64,000 nucleotides of DNA, from positions 244,404,001-244,468,000 of the forward strand of contig NC_067399.1 in assembly GCF_016432865.1 (NCBI RefSeq). The letters are read 5' to 3'. Shown here in pieces: positions 24,455 to 35,899 of the stretch. The notes below the pieces were generated by a model, which saw only the letters and a list, made by a program, of their open reading frames with translations, made no database searches and was not told where the DNA came from. The position numbers and the translations under genes were made by a program. The first letter of the stretch is position 1; every line of letters starts with the position of its first letter. Source of the stretch: Antechinus flavipes (taxonomy: Eukaryota).

Positions 24455-25950
24455 TACCAAAAGCTCTCATGACTTGGGTCTGTACCCTGAGAATACAGAG
24501 AAAAGACTGAATGCTGTCTATCCCATAGTGACTAGATATGCAGAACAGCTGAGTTGAGTCTGGCCCAGCATTCACACAGGCCAGTCAAATTCCTGAGATT
24601 AACTTCTTGACCAATATTTTTGAAGTAGATTTTGTGAACAAAACGACAACAAGTTTTTATGACTGCCAGTGGGCTAATGGTGTAAGCAAAGCATCATGCA
24701 ACAGAACTGATTGAGTGTTATTGATAAATGGTCTTTGAGATTCTTGTAGTTTCAATTAATCAGCCTAGATGAGAAAAATCTAACATATGGTCTTGTTCAA
24801 GGACCCTGAGGGATTTGTCAGAGAGTAGAGAATACATTAATAATTATTTGGAATGGGTTTAATGGTTCATCTTGTAATTTTGAACACACAAAATAATAAA
24901 TCAGTGGAAGGACTGATATGAAGTTTGTATGGGTTAATTAGGGGATCTAAATATCTTTGCTAATAAACAAATCCTAAAAACAATTAAGATACTCTGCAAG
25001 CTCAAGAAAGAACAAGGATTTCAGCCTGCATCAGAGAGTACCATAATTCTAGAAATCATATTTCCGATAAAATGTCAGAGGTCTCTTTCTGATGATGTCA
25101 AACTGGTCAATTCAATGGTACTTTCCACTCTAGCTCTGAATTAATTTTCCCAAAAGGATAAAAAAAAAAGTTTGGCCACAGGGAAGGTAACTTTCCCTTT
25201 CTAACTCAGGAGGATTTTTAGGATCAGCCACACTCAGTCCTCCTATAGGGATGCTGATGGGAGGAATGGTTCATTTTTAACATATCCCCCAAGTTTCTAA
25301 AGTCAATTGCTAGTTGTTATATTATAAGACATTATTAATTCAAACTATTAATTTGAGATTTACAAATAGTACCAGTATATTTCTGTAACTTTATCTATAA
25401 AAAGTTAGAAATTCTTATGACTTTTTAAGATCCTACCCACAATTTTAAGAGAATTTGGTCTCAAAATTAATATCATTCGAGGTATATTTGTAAGAAATTA
25501 AGTTTTTGAAAGACACATATTGGATCAAATGATCATAGAGGCTACTTCAGACTTTAAGACCTGTGATTATGACTTTAATTGCTGGCAATTTCAAATCTTG
25601 AAATGCAAAATAATTTTTGTATTTTATGATGAATGGCAAATGTTTTTTGTTAATTCACCTAACTTTGTTCTATTATTTAATTCAGTTCTTTACGTCCTCC
25701 ACAGAACATCCCCAGTAACACTCACAATAATAGTGGCTACAGAGTAGAAAGATCAACTCTCTGAATACAATTTAAGAATTTAATGAATGTCCCAATAAAT
25801 CTAAATAGACAAATTTCTGCTGAAAATTTTGTCCATTAGCTTTGGCATTTATGGTGAAAACTCCATAACCACATACAATACTCCACCTGTCGCCACCCTC
25901 TTCACCTGGCCCCCATAATGTCTGTGAAAGGGCAAACCTCCCATTCAGAA

Positions 25951-25956
25951 CCTCAC
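25951..25956 (-). promoter_or_regulatory. 5' splice site of BMP7 exon 2
   Basis: GAG|GTGAGG on the minus strand, at the position homologous to the human exon 2 end (R codon split). Confidence 0.93.
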
Positions 25957-26149
25957 CTCCCTGTATGCTCCTGAAGCACCTGGTAGACACTGATTCGGAA
26001 AGTTTCATTATCAAAGCGCTCTCGGATGTAATCCTTGTATATCCTAAATTCAGCAGCAGTCACAGCTTCTCCCTCTGGGATCCTGGAGAGATCAAACCTG
26101 AATTCCCGATGATGATAGCGCTGGTGGAAAAACTCTTTGTCATGCTCCA
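25957..26149 (-). CDS. BMP7: BMP7 coding exon 2 (TGF-beta family prodomain), 193 bp, internal exon
   Basis: Translation (V)[64 protein letters not shown] matches human BMP7 as I recall it at all but about 3 residues. Minus strand reads ...ttttccccCAG|TGGAGCAT at the start (phase 1) and GGGAG|GTGAGG at the end (phase 2). The 193-bp length equals human BMP7 exon 2 as recalled. Confidence 0.97.
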
Positions 26150-26196
26150 CTGGGGGAAAAAAAAAGAGGGGGGGGGGAGAGAAAGGGTAACTGACT
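26150..26196 (-). promoter_or_regulatory. 3' splice site and polypyrimidine tract of BMP7 exon 2
   Basis: Minus strand reads gtcagttaccctttctctc, then a C-run, t, c, a T-run, then cccccAG|TG. The AG is at 26151-26150. Confidence 0.93.
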
Positions 26197-26783
26197 TTCC
26201 ATTTGTAACTCTTCTAGCAGGTACTTAATATATTGTCTCTATCATTTCACTTTAGATAAAAAGAAAGTAAAATGAGGGCAAGAGGCAAAGTGTTGCACTT
26301 TTCACACTTCTTTACTACTTTCTGAATTGGATAGCTAGACTTAACTCCTGTTTCTCCTTCTGTCTCTACAAGTGACAGTTTTACTTTGGACTCTATGGTA
26401 TAATCTAGTTAGGAAAGAACCCTAGATTTGGGGTCAAAGGTTCTAGCCTTAAATTCCATCTCTTTGACATTTTAGTTGTGTAATGTTGGACAAATTATTT
26501 TCCTAACACTTTTTTTTCATCTTTAAAATGAGATCTAGATTTAATGACTATTAGGTCTCTAGCTTTGAACTCTAGGATCCTATGAATGCTAATGGGCCAC
26601 ATTCCTAACTATTCAGCATTTTGCAAACAATTGAACTGACCAGAAAGAAAGGACAGATAAATAGTAAATGTGCTTCTATGGAGAGGGGAAAGGGGCTCGC
26701 TGAAGAAGACCCCATCGCAAAATTTTGCTGGGGAGGCTGAAAATTTAACTTATTCTTAAGACAAGCATTACTGTTTAAAATCA

Positions 26784-27042
26784 NNNNNNNNNNNNNNNNN
26801 NNNNNNNNNNNNNNNNNNNNNNNNNNNNNNNNNNNNNNNNNNNNNNNNNNNNNNNNNNNNNNNNNNNNNNNNNNNNNNNNNNNNNNNNNNNNNNNNNNNN
26901 NNNNNNNNNNNNNNNNNNNNNNNNNNNNNNNNNNNNNNNNNNNNNNNNNNNNNNNNNNNNNNNNNNNNNNNNNNNNNNNNNNNNNNNNNNNNNNNNNNNN
27001 NNNNNNNNNNNNNNNNNNNNNNNNNNNNNNNNNNNNNNNNNN
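26784..27042. other. Assembly gap (N run)
   Basis: Run of N bases. Confidence 0.99.
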
Positions 27043-29929
27043 ATGTTCAGGTGTTCAAGTTCATTCTGGATAACTGAATTGAAAAATTTGTCAGAGCTGA
27101 TGAACTTCACAGAAAGGGGAGGTGTGTTCAGCAAGAGTGAACATGTTCACTTTGAAAGAGGAAAAGAGGGAAAGAGGGAATAGTAGTATTCATTTGGGAC
27201 TAGCCAGAGTTTTATGCAGGGGAATAGAAGACATTAGAGTTGGCAGGAACTTTATACCATCTAGTTCAGTTCTTTCATTTTACAGCTAAGGAAACTGAGG
27301 CCTAAAGAGACCAGTTAATATACAGTATAGAGGTGAAGGAAAATAAAAATGGGATGAGAGGGAAGTAGACATTTTTCAGCCCAATGAATTTTGAAAACTC
27401 TAAGATTAGGTTAAATTTTGCTCTAGAACCAGAATCATTAAGTTGTGTAAGAGATAGGCTGGTACTCAAGAAAAATAATAATTTCTTAGGTTTCTGAAAA
27501 CATTTACAACTATAGTTTGAAAAGATTTCTTTAAAAAAAAAATCCACCCAAACCTGGCCACTCATTTGTGCATGCAACACAGATAAAGTAATTGCTCATT
27601 TAATTACTCTGAGTCTATGTAAGTGGATATACCCATGAATTCTGAGAGGCCCTTTGGAAATGTGATCTTTGATATTAACACACATGCTTCTCTGAATGTA
27701 CTGCAGCTGTTGAAATCCTGGTAACATGTGGGAGAACGGAACTCAAAGGAATCTCAAGGAACCATTCTTCTCCCTGTTTACAGTTCCTCCCCTTTCCCTT
27801 TACACTCTGGCTGTATCTCCTGACCCAGAAGTAACAAATCTTTTCAGACCTAATTTATGAGAAATACTGACCCAGAATCCACATATTAGATCAAGATAGT
27901 AAAATGTATCATTTATAATTAGAGACAAAGAGAAATGGGGAGGGGGCACGGAGGCGAGGCCCTAGGAAAGGGCAGCAAAAAGTTTCAAAGCAAAACTGTA
28001 GCACATGTGGTGAGTTAAGATCATGCACTGTTTGGTGACCCTAGCAATACCTTAAACACAACAGCATGAGGTAAGCACACCATGGAGCTTGAGCCCTTAG
28101 GTCTGAATTTCCCCAGCTTCTGTGGGTGTAAGCTAGCCTTTTGACAATGTGCCACGGAGTCTGATTAACTGCCTGGGGTTGGGGGGAGAGCTGGTTTTTT
28201 TAAGAAGGAAAGAAGGGGGAGGGGGAAATCTGTTCCATGTGGGGGATAGACACTTGAAACCGGATCAGGTTTCAGGAATCAAACAGACCCAGCCTGCGTT
28301 GGTTCTTTCTGGGCCTCAATGACCTAACATGGGTGGGGTGGCTGTTGATACAACAAGCTAGGATGACAATTTTGGACCCATTCTAGCCGGTCAGGTCAAC
28401 ATCTGTTGCTATTCCCCTATACCTGGGGGAAGAGGAAGGATGGGGCTTTGAGGGTTTCCCCATCCCTCCGGTCTCTCCTGAACAGGCTCCAGCTACAGAG
28501 ATGCTCAGGACCTGTCCGTAACCATCCCTCGCTCAGTGTTCTAGGGAGATGACCCGCAAACTTCCTATACATCAGCTGCGCTCCTCAGGACTCTAGGGTA
28601 GCTTAGCAACTGGCACCGGAGTATTTGAACCCAGTCTCCAACGTTCCCTTGTTGACTTTATTAGTTAACAAGATATCTACAAAGTGCAGAGAAAAAGTAA
28701 TATAAGAATTGTTCTGTAATAATATTTTTATTGCCCAAAAGGTAAAATAAGAGATTAAAAAAACAAAGATGTCCATGAGAAAATAGCATATAAAGGGAGA
28801 GTAAGGGAATAAGCATTTATAGCATCCCTATTATGTACCAGGCACTGTGTTAAGTGTTTTTAAAAATACAAACTCAGCATGATAAGATTGATTTTTTTTA
28901 ATGTTTTTACAAACATTTCCATGGATTCTTCAAATTGAAGCATATGCTAGAGTCTAACGCATTTGCCAAATCACTAACGTTTTAATGGTACAACATGTTT
29001 TCCTAGAAAGTCTCCTAATTAATCTGTATTTAACTCTTTGCTACTCTTTTAATTAGGTTTCACAAATATATCCAAACAGTATGGGTCCTGACACACTATA
29101 CATATTCTTATGTCATTAAAAGAGATGATTCTTTGTTTTGTTTGGTGGGGGGAATGGGGTATGTGTGAAAGGTTAATCAGAGACAGCATGACCAATGGCA
29201 TTTATACAGTACTTCAATGTTTACAAAGTACTTTAGGTTTGGTCCTGGGAAATAGGTGCTATTATTCCCCTCATTTTCAGATGAGGAAAAAAACAAACAA
29301 ACAAGTAATGGCCTAAGATTATATAGGTTGTAAGTGTCTAAGGCACAATTTCAACTCAGGTCTTCCTGATTCTGAGTCTAGCCTTCTATACACTATCTGA
29401 GACCAGGTCACAGCAAACTAACTCTATTTTCCTTTCTGTGCACAGTAGCTTGCAAATAGTTAGCACTGAAGAAATGATGGTAGAGTTGTTGATTGAATTG
29501 ACAGAGTTACTGATAGTTACTAGAATTTCAGAGGAATGCCATATAGTAAGTATACTTGGATTTGAGCAATAACATTTGATAAAATATTTTGCCATTCTTG
29601 GCAATCAGATAAAGAGGCAGACTAAATCAGTGTTGGCTGTTATTTTTTTTTAATGTAAAAATATTTCACAGATATCGCCCCAAATAATGGGATGGGACTA
29701 TTACTATCCTCAGAGGGAGAAAATGCATAATAACTAAAAAGTACTGTGAATTCAGCTCTACTTTCAAGTGCATTTGTGTCTTATTAATCCTAATAATATC
29801 TATAGCGATAGATATATAGAGATAGCTATTAAGAACAGTTATACATATACATTCTGTGCAAAATCATAAGCTGCCTATTTTGTTGGAGCAGGCATCAAAG
29901 TGACAATGCTAGACATGAATATGGATTCA

Positions 29930-30860
29930 AAAACTCCTTTTAGTAACTCTATGCCCCACATCCCCAGCAAGGTCCATAGCATACACATTGGAAATTCGAC
30001 ACTAGATGAGGGCATAATTAGGTAGTTTCTAAACTGGTTGAATGAAGAGACCCCCAAGATAGCTGAATCATTAATGGTTTGACATCAAGCTAGATGAACA
30101 TAGCCAATCATGTGCACCAGGAATCTGTCCTTGGTCCTGGGCTAATCAACTGTAGAGGACTGAAACTATTGAGTCGATGCACTGAAGTCGGGACTGCAGA
30201 GCGCTTCAGGCTAACTACTGACTGGATAATATTCTATGGGCATACGCTTGGAAAATGGTCCTTTCCACTATCCGTACTGGCTCGATGATTGGTGTATAGA
30301 GGATTGTAGGAGGGACTAGGGGGTGGAGTAAGACAAGGGAGGGTCACACTCTTGGCAATAAACCAGGGAGAAGGTGGTTGTGGAGATTCTGCTCCCATCC
30401 TGTTCAATCCTGCATCTAAGACCGAGAATAAAGATTAAGGACTTTTGCTTATCCCGACTCTGGCTGATTCTGGGGTGATCTGGGTGTTAGCGCAGTCATC
30501 ACAATCAGCATTTTAAACAATAGCTTGGATGAAGGCATAGAGGACAATTTTGTAAGATTTACATCTGATATGAAGCTGGGAGAAACAACAAGCATATTAA
30601 AAGTTAGGCTCAATCCAGTAGACTAGAGTGATGCTCTAATAAGATGATATTAAATAGTGGAATGTAAACTCATCTGAGTGTCTCTGTGTGTATATGTTTT
30701 AAATCACTGCACATGTACAGGGCAGGAGAAGCCACCCATTCAATAATGCCTGTGAAAAAGATCTTGGGGTACTAGTGCACTGCAAGCCAATTATGTAATA
30801 TGGAAGCCAAAACCAACCCAATGCAATCTTAGGCTACATTAAGAGAGAGAATATTTCCAT
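29930..30860 (+). mobile_element. L3/CR1 LINE RT fragment, interrupted by the solo LTR
   Basis: Left of the LTR reads VHQESVLGPGLIN and right of it reads ILNNSLDEGIEDNFVRFTSDMKLG. Together these match the CR1 RT motif [24 protein letters not shown]...KFADDTKLG. Confidence 0.85.
30151..30503 (+). mobile_element. Solo LTR (353 bp), probably ERV class II given the 6-bp TSD
   Basis: TGT...ACA termini; 6-bp TSD ATCAAC (30145-30150) / ATCAGC (30504-30509); AATAAA at 30357 and 30427; 9 CpGs. It splits an L3 RT motif. Confidence 0.85.
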
Positions 30861-30879
30861 TGTGGTTTCCTTGTGTCAA

Positions 30880-31950
30880 TCAATCAATATTTATTAAGCA
30901 CCTATTAGTTCCAGACAAGCGCTGGGGTGCTAAGTGCTAGGGGATATAAAAAGAGGCAAAACACAGTTCCTGCCCTCAGAGAGTTTACAGTTTATTGGGG
31001 AAGACAACACGGAGTGAACACATACAAAACTAGCTCCGTCTAGGAAAAATAAGAAATAATTAACAGAGGGAAGGCACTAGGATTAAAAAGGGCTGGGAAT
31101 TTGTCTCTTCTTCCTGTAGAATGTGAGGTTTTAGTTGGGACCCAAAGGAAGCCAGGGAGGTTAGTAGAGAGAGTTGAAGACAGTCAGAGAAAATACATGG
31201 CACTAACAGATGGAATGTCTTGCTTATGGAATAGCCAGGAGATGCCAGTGTCTTTGGATTGAAGAGTATGTTATGGAGAGTAAGTGTAAAAAGATTGGAA
31301 AGGTAGAAAGGGACTAGGTTTTGAAGGGCTTTAAATGCCAAATTGAATTTGAACCTGGTGGCAATTAGGGAGCCACTGGAATTTTTAAGTAGGGATGGGA
31401 CTTACATGATCAGGCTTATTTTATGACAAAGCTTCTTAAACTGTGGATTGAAACCCCATATGGGGTCATGTAACTGAATGTGGGAGTCACGAAAAATTTG
31501 GCAACAGTAAAAGATATCAAATATTCTGCCAAGATTTAATTATTTATGTAAAAATAAACAAGCATATCCATCTCATTAATATGCAAATTTGCTTTCATCT
31601 TTAATAAATAGTAAAATTATATGTATGGCAAAGAATTATTTCAAAATAATTTATGATATATTATAAGTAAATTTTTGAGGTATACACCTATTTTATACAC
31701 CTATATACCCTGGGTTGGGGAAAAATTTCTTGGGTAAAAAGGGATTATGAGTGGAAAAAGTTTAAGAAGCCCTCCTTTAAAAGAATCACTTTAATAGCTG
31801 AAAAGAGGTGGAAGAACTAAGACAGGCAGATTGACTCATTAGCAGGCTATTGCAGTTGCCTAGGTGTGAGGTTATGAAGGTCTGCACTAGGGTTGTAGCA
31901 GTGTGAAAGGAGAGAAGGGGCATATTTGAAAGATGTTGCAGAACAGACTG
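30880..31950 (-). mobile_element. L2 LINE 3' portion, interrupted by a hAT MITE
   Basis: tcaatcaatcaatatttattaagcacctatt tail; gaagggctttaaatgccaaa...ggagccactggaatttt. The L2 phrase catgatcag...tttta|aaagaatcact resumes after 31774. Confidence 0.78.
31427..31774. mobile_element. hAT (Charlie-like) MITE inserted in L2
   Basis: TIRs caaagcttcttaaact / agtttaagaagccctc; 8-bp flanks ttttatga / ctttaaaa. Confidence 0.72.
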
Positions 31951-33049
31951 AATATAGTCAAGGATCAGCTAAATAATAGGAAGGAACCTTAGAAATCATC
32001 TGGTCCAAATCCCTAATTTTACAAAAGAGAAGATGAAAGACCCTGACTTGCCCCAAATCACTAAAATAGTAAGAGGAATCATTGGGATTCAATCTAAATC
32101 TTCTGCCACCAGATTTATCATACTTTCTTCTGTACTCCACTTCTGGAGAAATGTGCTAAGTTCTAGTTGCTGATTGGGAAAATATTCAGAGGAAGACAAT
32201 TCTTCCAATTGGAGATTAGTTGAAAGTACCCTGAGTATTGAAGAAGAAAAAGAAAAGACTTAGAGTGGAGGAATACACACAGCTTCACATATTTGAAGCA
32301 ATATCATATGGAATCATTAGGTGAAAAATTGAGAGTTCAAGAAGACCTTATTCAACCTTCTCATAGTCAAGTAAAGTGACATGCTCTGAGACTTTGTGAC
32401 CCACTTGAGATCATGTAGGAAATGAATAACAGGACCAAGATTTAAAGTCAAGATTTTTGAGTCAGTTTTCTGATTTGAAAAGATGAGTACTCTTTCTACC
32501 ATAACATACTGCTTCTCAGGCAAAAGAGACTACTCTTGTTCTTTTTGGCCTCAGCAGGGAAAATAGAACTAATGAGTTTAAGTAGCAGAGGTGCTGATTT
32601 TGGCTCGATGCAAAGAAAACCTTCCTAAAAATGTCAAAGAGAAGAATGAGTTGCCTCCAAGAGGAGAATTCCCTTTATTTAGGGTCTTAACTTTGTAGGG
32701 ATCATATAAAAAGAATATCTTTTCAGACAAAGACTGAAATAGATGATTTCTGAAGTCCCTTTCAGTTCAAATCCTGTGGATCTATCTGTATTCCATATAA
32801 AATAAATAGCAGTTCACATTTGTACACTTTACAATTATGAATTACTCCTCCAATAATTCCATTTTTACAGATAAGGAAGCTCATCGCTGATTTTAAAATG
32901 AGAAGCAACATGGCTCAGTGCATTGAGAACTGGCTTTTAAACCAGGAAGACATAGATTCAAGTCCCATTCAGATACATACTGGCTATGTGATCGGGGGCA
33001 AGTCATTTAATGTATTAATGTACTAGATAATATACTCTTAGATTTATCA

Positions 33050-33245
33050 TTGTTTGTCCTACATTCTTGAAGAGGACCATGATATCAGGCACATGATGCC
33101 ATGACATGCAAACGAGTTGGATTTAAGAGGGTTGGGCTGTTCAAAGTCACCAGCTTCACTTTTTCCACCAGAACCACCTGGATCCAGTGGCAAGATATAG
33201 ATCGGGATGACTGGAGATGATCCAGGAGGCAATGGGAGACCTTGG
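33050..33245 (-). mobile_element. RTE-type 3' end fragment
   Basis: tgtttgtcct...gaagaggaccatgatatc...gatgccatgacatgcaaacgagttggatttaag...caaagtcaccagcttcact...ccagtggcaagata. Confidence 0.7.
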
Positions 33246-33787
33246 AGGCAGAGAAGGTGACAACTTGCTTTCCTAAGAAGAATTTCCCCACCTGGAAATT
33301 CCCTCTTTAATGAAATCATAGCTACAATTCCTATCCCTATCATACAACTGAGAAGAAAAACCTGGTGAATATTACACCCAATGGCTATAATAATATGAAT
33401 GAGAACAAGATTAAAAAGCAACAGAACTCTTGTGAAGGGAATAATCCCTCTTGTCACCAGAGAACAGATGAAAAAATAGATTTTACTCTTCTCCATAAGG
33501 AAGTTATGGGAAGGGGAGGTATGGATTCAGAATATAATATTCACAGTTTTCTTTATTACACAGCAGGTTCAAATGATGACTAGGTAAAAACCAAAAACAT
33601 CCATAAAGCTTTCAAATAAAATGAAACTAAACAATCTCTTCCTTTTGAAGAAAGAAAAAAGTCAGGATCCTAATAAATATCAACACATGACTAGAAAAGC
33701 CATTCTGATTAAATTTTTCAGGATTTGTCTTCTGGGGAAACAATTAACAATTATATATTTAACAACATTCAATGTCAAATATTAAGT

Positions 33788-34047
33788 TATTGTTCTCAGT
33801 TGTGACTCTTCATGATCCTGTGGATCATAGTATGCCAATATTGTCCATGGGATTTTCTTGGCAAAGATACTTCAGTGGTCTTCTATTTCCTTCTCCAGTT
33901 CATTTTATGGCTGGGGAAACTGAGGCAAATGGGGTTAAGTGATTTTCCCAGGGTCACCTAGTCAGTAAGTCAAATCTGAACTCAGGAAGATGAGTCTTCC
34001 TGATATCAATCCCAGTGCTCCAACACTGAGCTATACAAATGCCTCCA
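33788..34047 (-). mobile_element. MAR1-type CORE SINE with RTE/Bov-B-like tail
   Basis: gggattttcttggcaaagatacttcagtgg...ttccttctccagttcatttt...gaaactgaggcaaatggggttaagtg. Confidence 0.75.
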
Positions 34048-35899
34048 CAATATTAAGTACATGTTGTGTACAGAGCACTAAGTTACACACAAAGAATATA
34101 TAAAGACATGGCCTCTGCCCTTATGGAGCTTACATTCTCATAAAAGCATTTCACAAAAAGATTCAGACAATTAATACCCTAAATAAATGCATTAGACAAT
34201 TACAAAGCAAAGTACCACGTAAAGTCCAAGACTGGAGGAGATATCAGAAAATAGTATTTGGAGATGGTATCATTTAATTTTTTTAAATATTCACTAACTG
34301 ATAGAATTTGCTTTCAAATTAAACAGAAAACAAATAATTATCATATGCTAACAATATGCCAAGCACTATGCTATACTATGGGGATGTAAATACAAAGGAT
34401 AAAGTAATACCTGTTTTATTTTATTTCTAAACATACCCCTCAGCAGCAAATCATAGAACAAAAGTGAGAGAGAGAGAATATCAAATAACATTTTGATTTT
34501 GTCTGGCTGTATATGTAATATTCCAAACCCATCATCCTCCATAAGACGCCATCTGAATTATGCTTAGGATCAATGAGAATTAACAGAATTATAGGATTTA
34601 TAGTTGAAAGGGATCTCAGCAAACTTATAATCCAACTAATATTCAAAAGAAATCTCCTCTCCAACCTCTTTCACAAGTGGTCATCTAGCCTATGAATAAA
34701 GACTTCTAATGGGGGGGAAACTCAATCTCAAGGGATCCCATTCCATTTACAGATAATTCTAATTGTTGGGAAGTTTTTCCTCATGTTCAACCTAAGCACC
34801 TTCTACCATTCTTCCTGGTTCTTCCCTCTCTTCTAATCACAAAGAGTTGGACACAACTGAGAAATGACTGAACAAAAATCACTCTTCTTCTTGACAGACC
34901 TTCAAATGCATGTGTATCTCTGGAGTTACTCCTCAATTTGGCAGAAATTACAGGTTGGATCCCTTGGGGGTGACTTCTCATTTGGAGTTCAAAATACATT
35001 GTGGGCCCATACTTCCAAATCTGTAGCTCCTGAGCCTCACTGGTCCACTTAGCTTTCAATGGTCAGTAAGTAGATACAATCAGCTCAAAGCAAAAGTATT
35101 TCCTGAAATTTCAATAGTAAGAACAAGCTACAAAATGTTATCCCCATAAGCCCGGGGCATACTACCCCATAAATACACAATCAAAAGGAGTGGGCACATA
35201 TTGAGAGTATACTGGAGGAGAAGCATACATGCAGGGATAAATGTTCAAGACATCTCATGCCTCCCAAACTGTGGGACCCTGAGGTCCTTCTCATAACATC
35301 TGCATACTGCTACCCCTCACACCCCTTAACATAGCCTTCTCTAGACATAGTGGTGAGGCTCCCTGGGTCTGCTCCTCTTAGCAGAGGGACTGCTGCCTGA
35401 CAATTATTCTCTCTCAAATTCATTGCTGGCCACGTCCTTCAAAGCTGACTCTTGCCTCTATTCTTATTTGTTTCTTTTCCCTACGGGACTTCGTGTGTCC
35501 TGCCAGGAAAGTAGCCATGACTAAAGTAGGGAGGAAAAAGGAAATCTCTTCCTTCTCATCCCAGGGTTAAAGAGCAATTCCCTCAAAAGAGCAGGGTTTT
35601 TCATTGCAGGTGGCTCTCTTCTTTACTACTTCCTTAGCACTACTTGCTGCCTCTATCGGCGACTTAGAGAACATGTCATCAAAAGGGGCTTGGGCTTGGG
35701 CCTGAACATCTTTCAGAACTAATGTCCCTCTGTCATTTAATCCATCAAGAAGGATTTCGCCACTTTTCATAAAAGGACGACAAATTTAAAACATTTCTTT
35801 GTACTTTTGAGAAAGCAATACCTTAATGTCTGCTTGTCTGTCCTTTTGTGATTTCATCAACTGAAGGTGGGGTGAAGAGAATTAGTGATTATTGGTGTC

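Larger units (their letters stand above)
1..25956 (-). other. BMP7: BMP7 intron 2 (partial, at least 25.9 kb)
   Basis: Follows the exon 2 donor on the minus strand. No sequence encoding exon 3 (ESDLFLLDSR...WLVFDITATSNHW) was found by eye or in the ORF track. Confidence 0.85.

Noticed and set aside
24000-24575. Long ORFs spanning N runs (also 26781-27134 and 51062-51879)
   Set aside because: Artefacts of undetermined bases and of low-complexity purine tracts.
1-25956. BMP7 exon 3
   Set aside because: No match to ESDLFLLDS or WLVFDITATSNHW found; it presumably lies left of the window. I cannot exclude the gap at 24079-24454, but it is unlikely.
25953-26150. ORF-track start M at 26150 and stop at 25953
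   Set aside because: The GTG is the acceptor G plus the exon's TG, and the TGA lies inside the GTGAGG donor. It is an internal exon, not a 65-aa protein.
25965-26228. Plus-strand 87-aa ORF
   Set aside because: Antisense shadow of the BMP7 exon and its polypyrimidine tract.
29796-29815. ATATCTAT/ATAGATAT inverted repeat
   Set aside because: Low-complexity AT-rich context; expected by chance.
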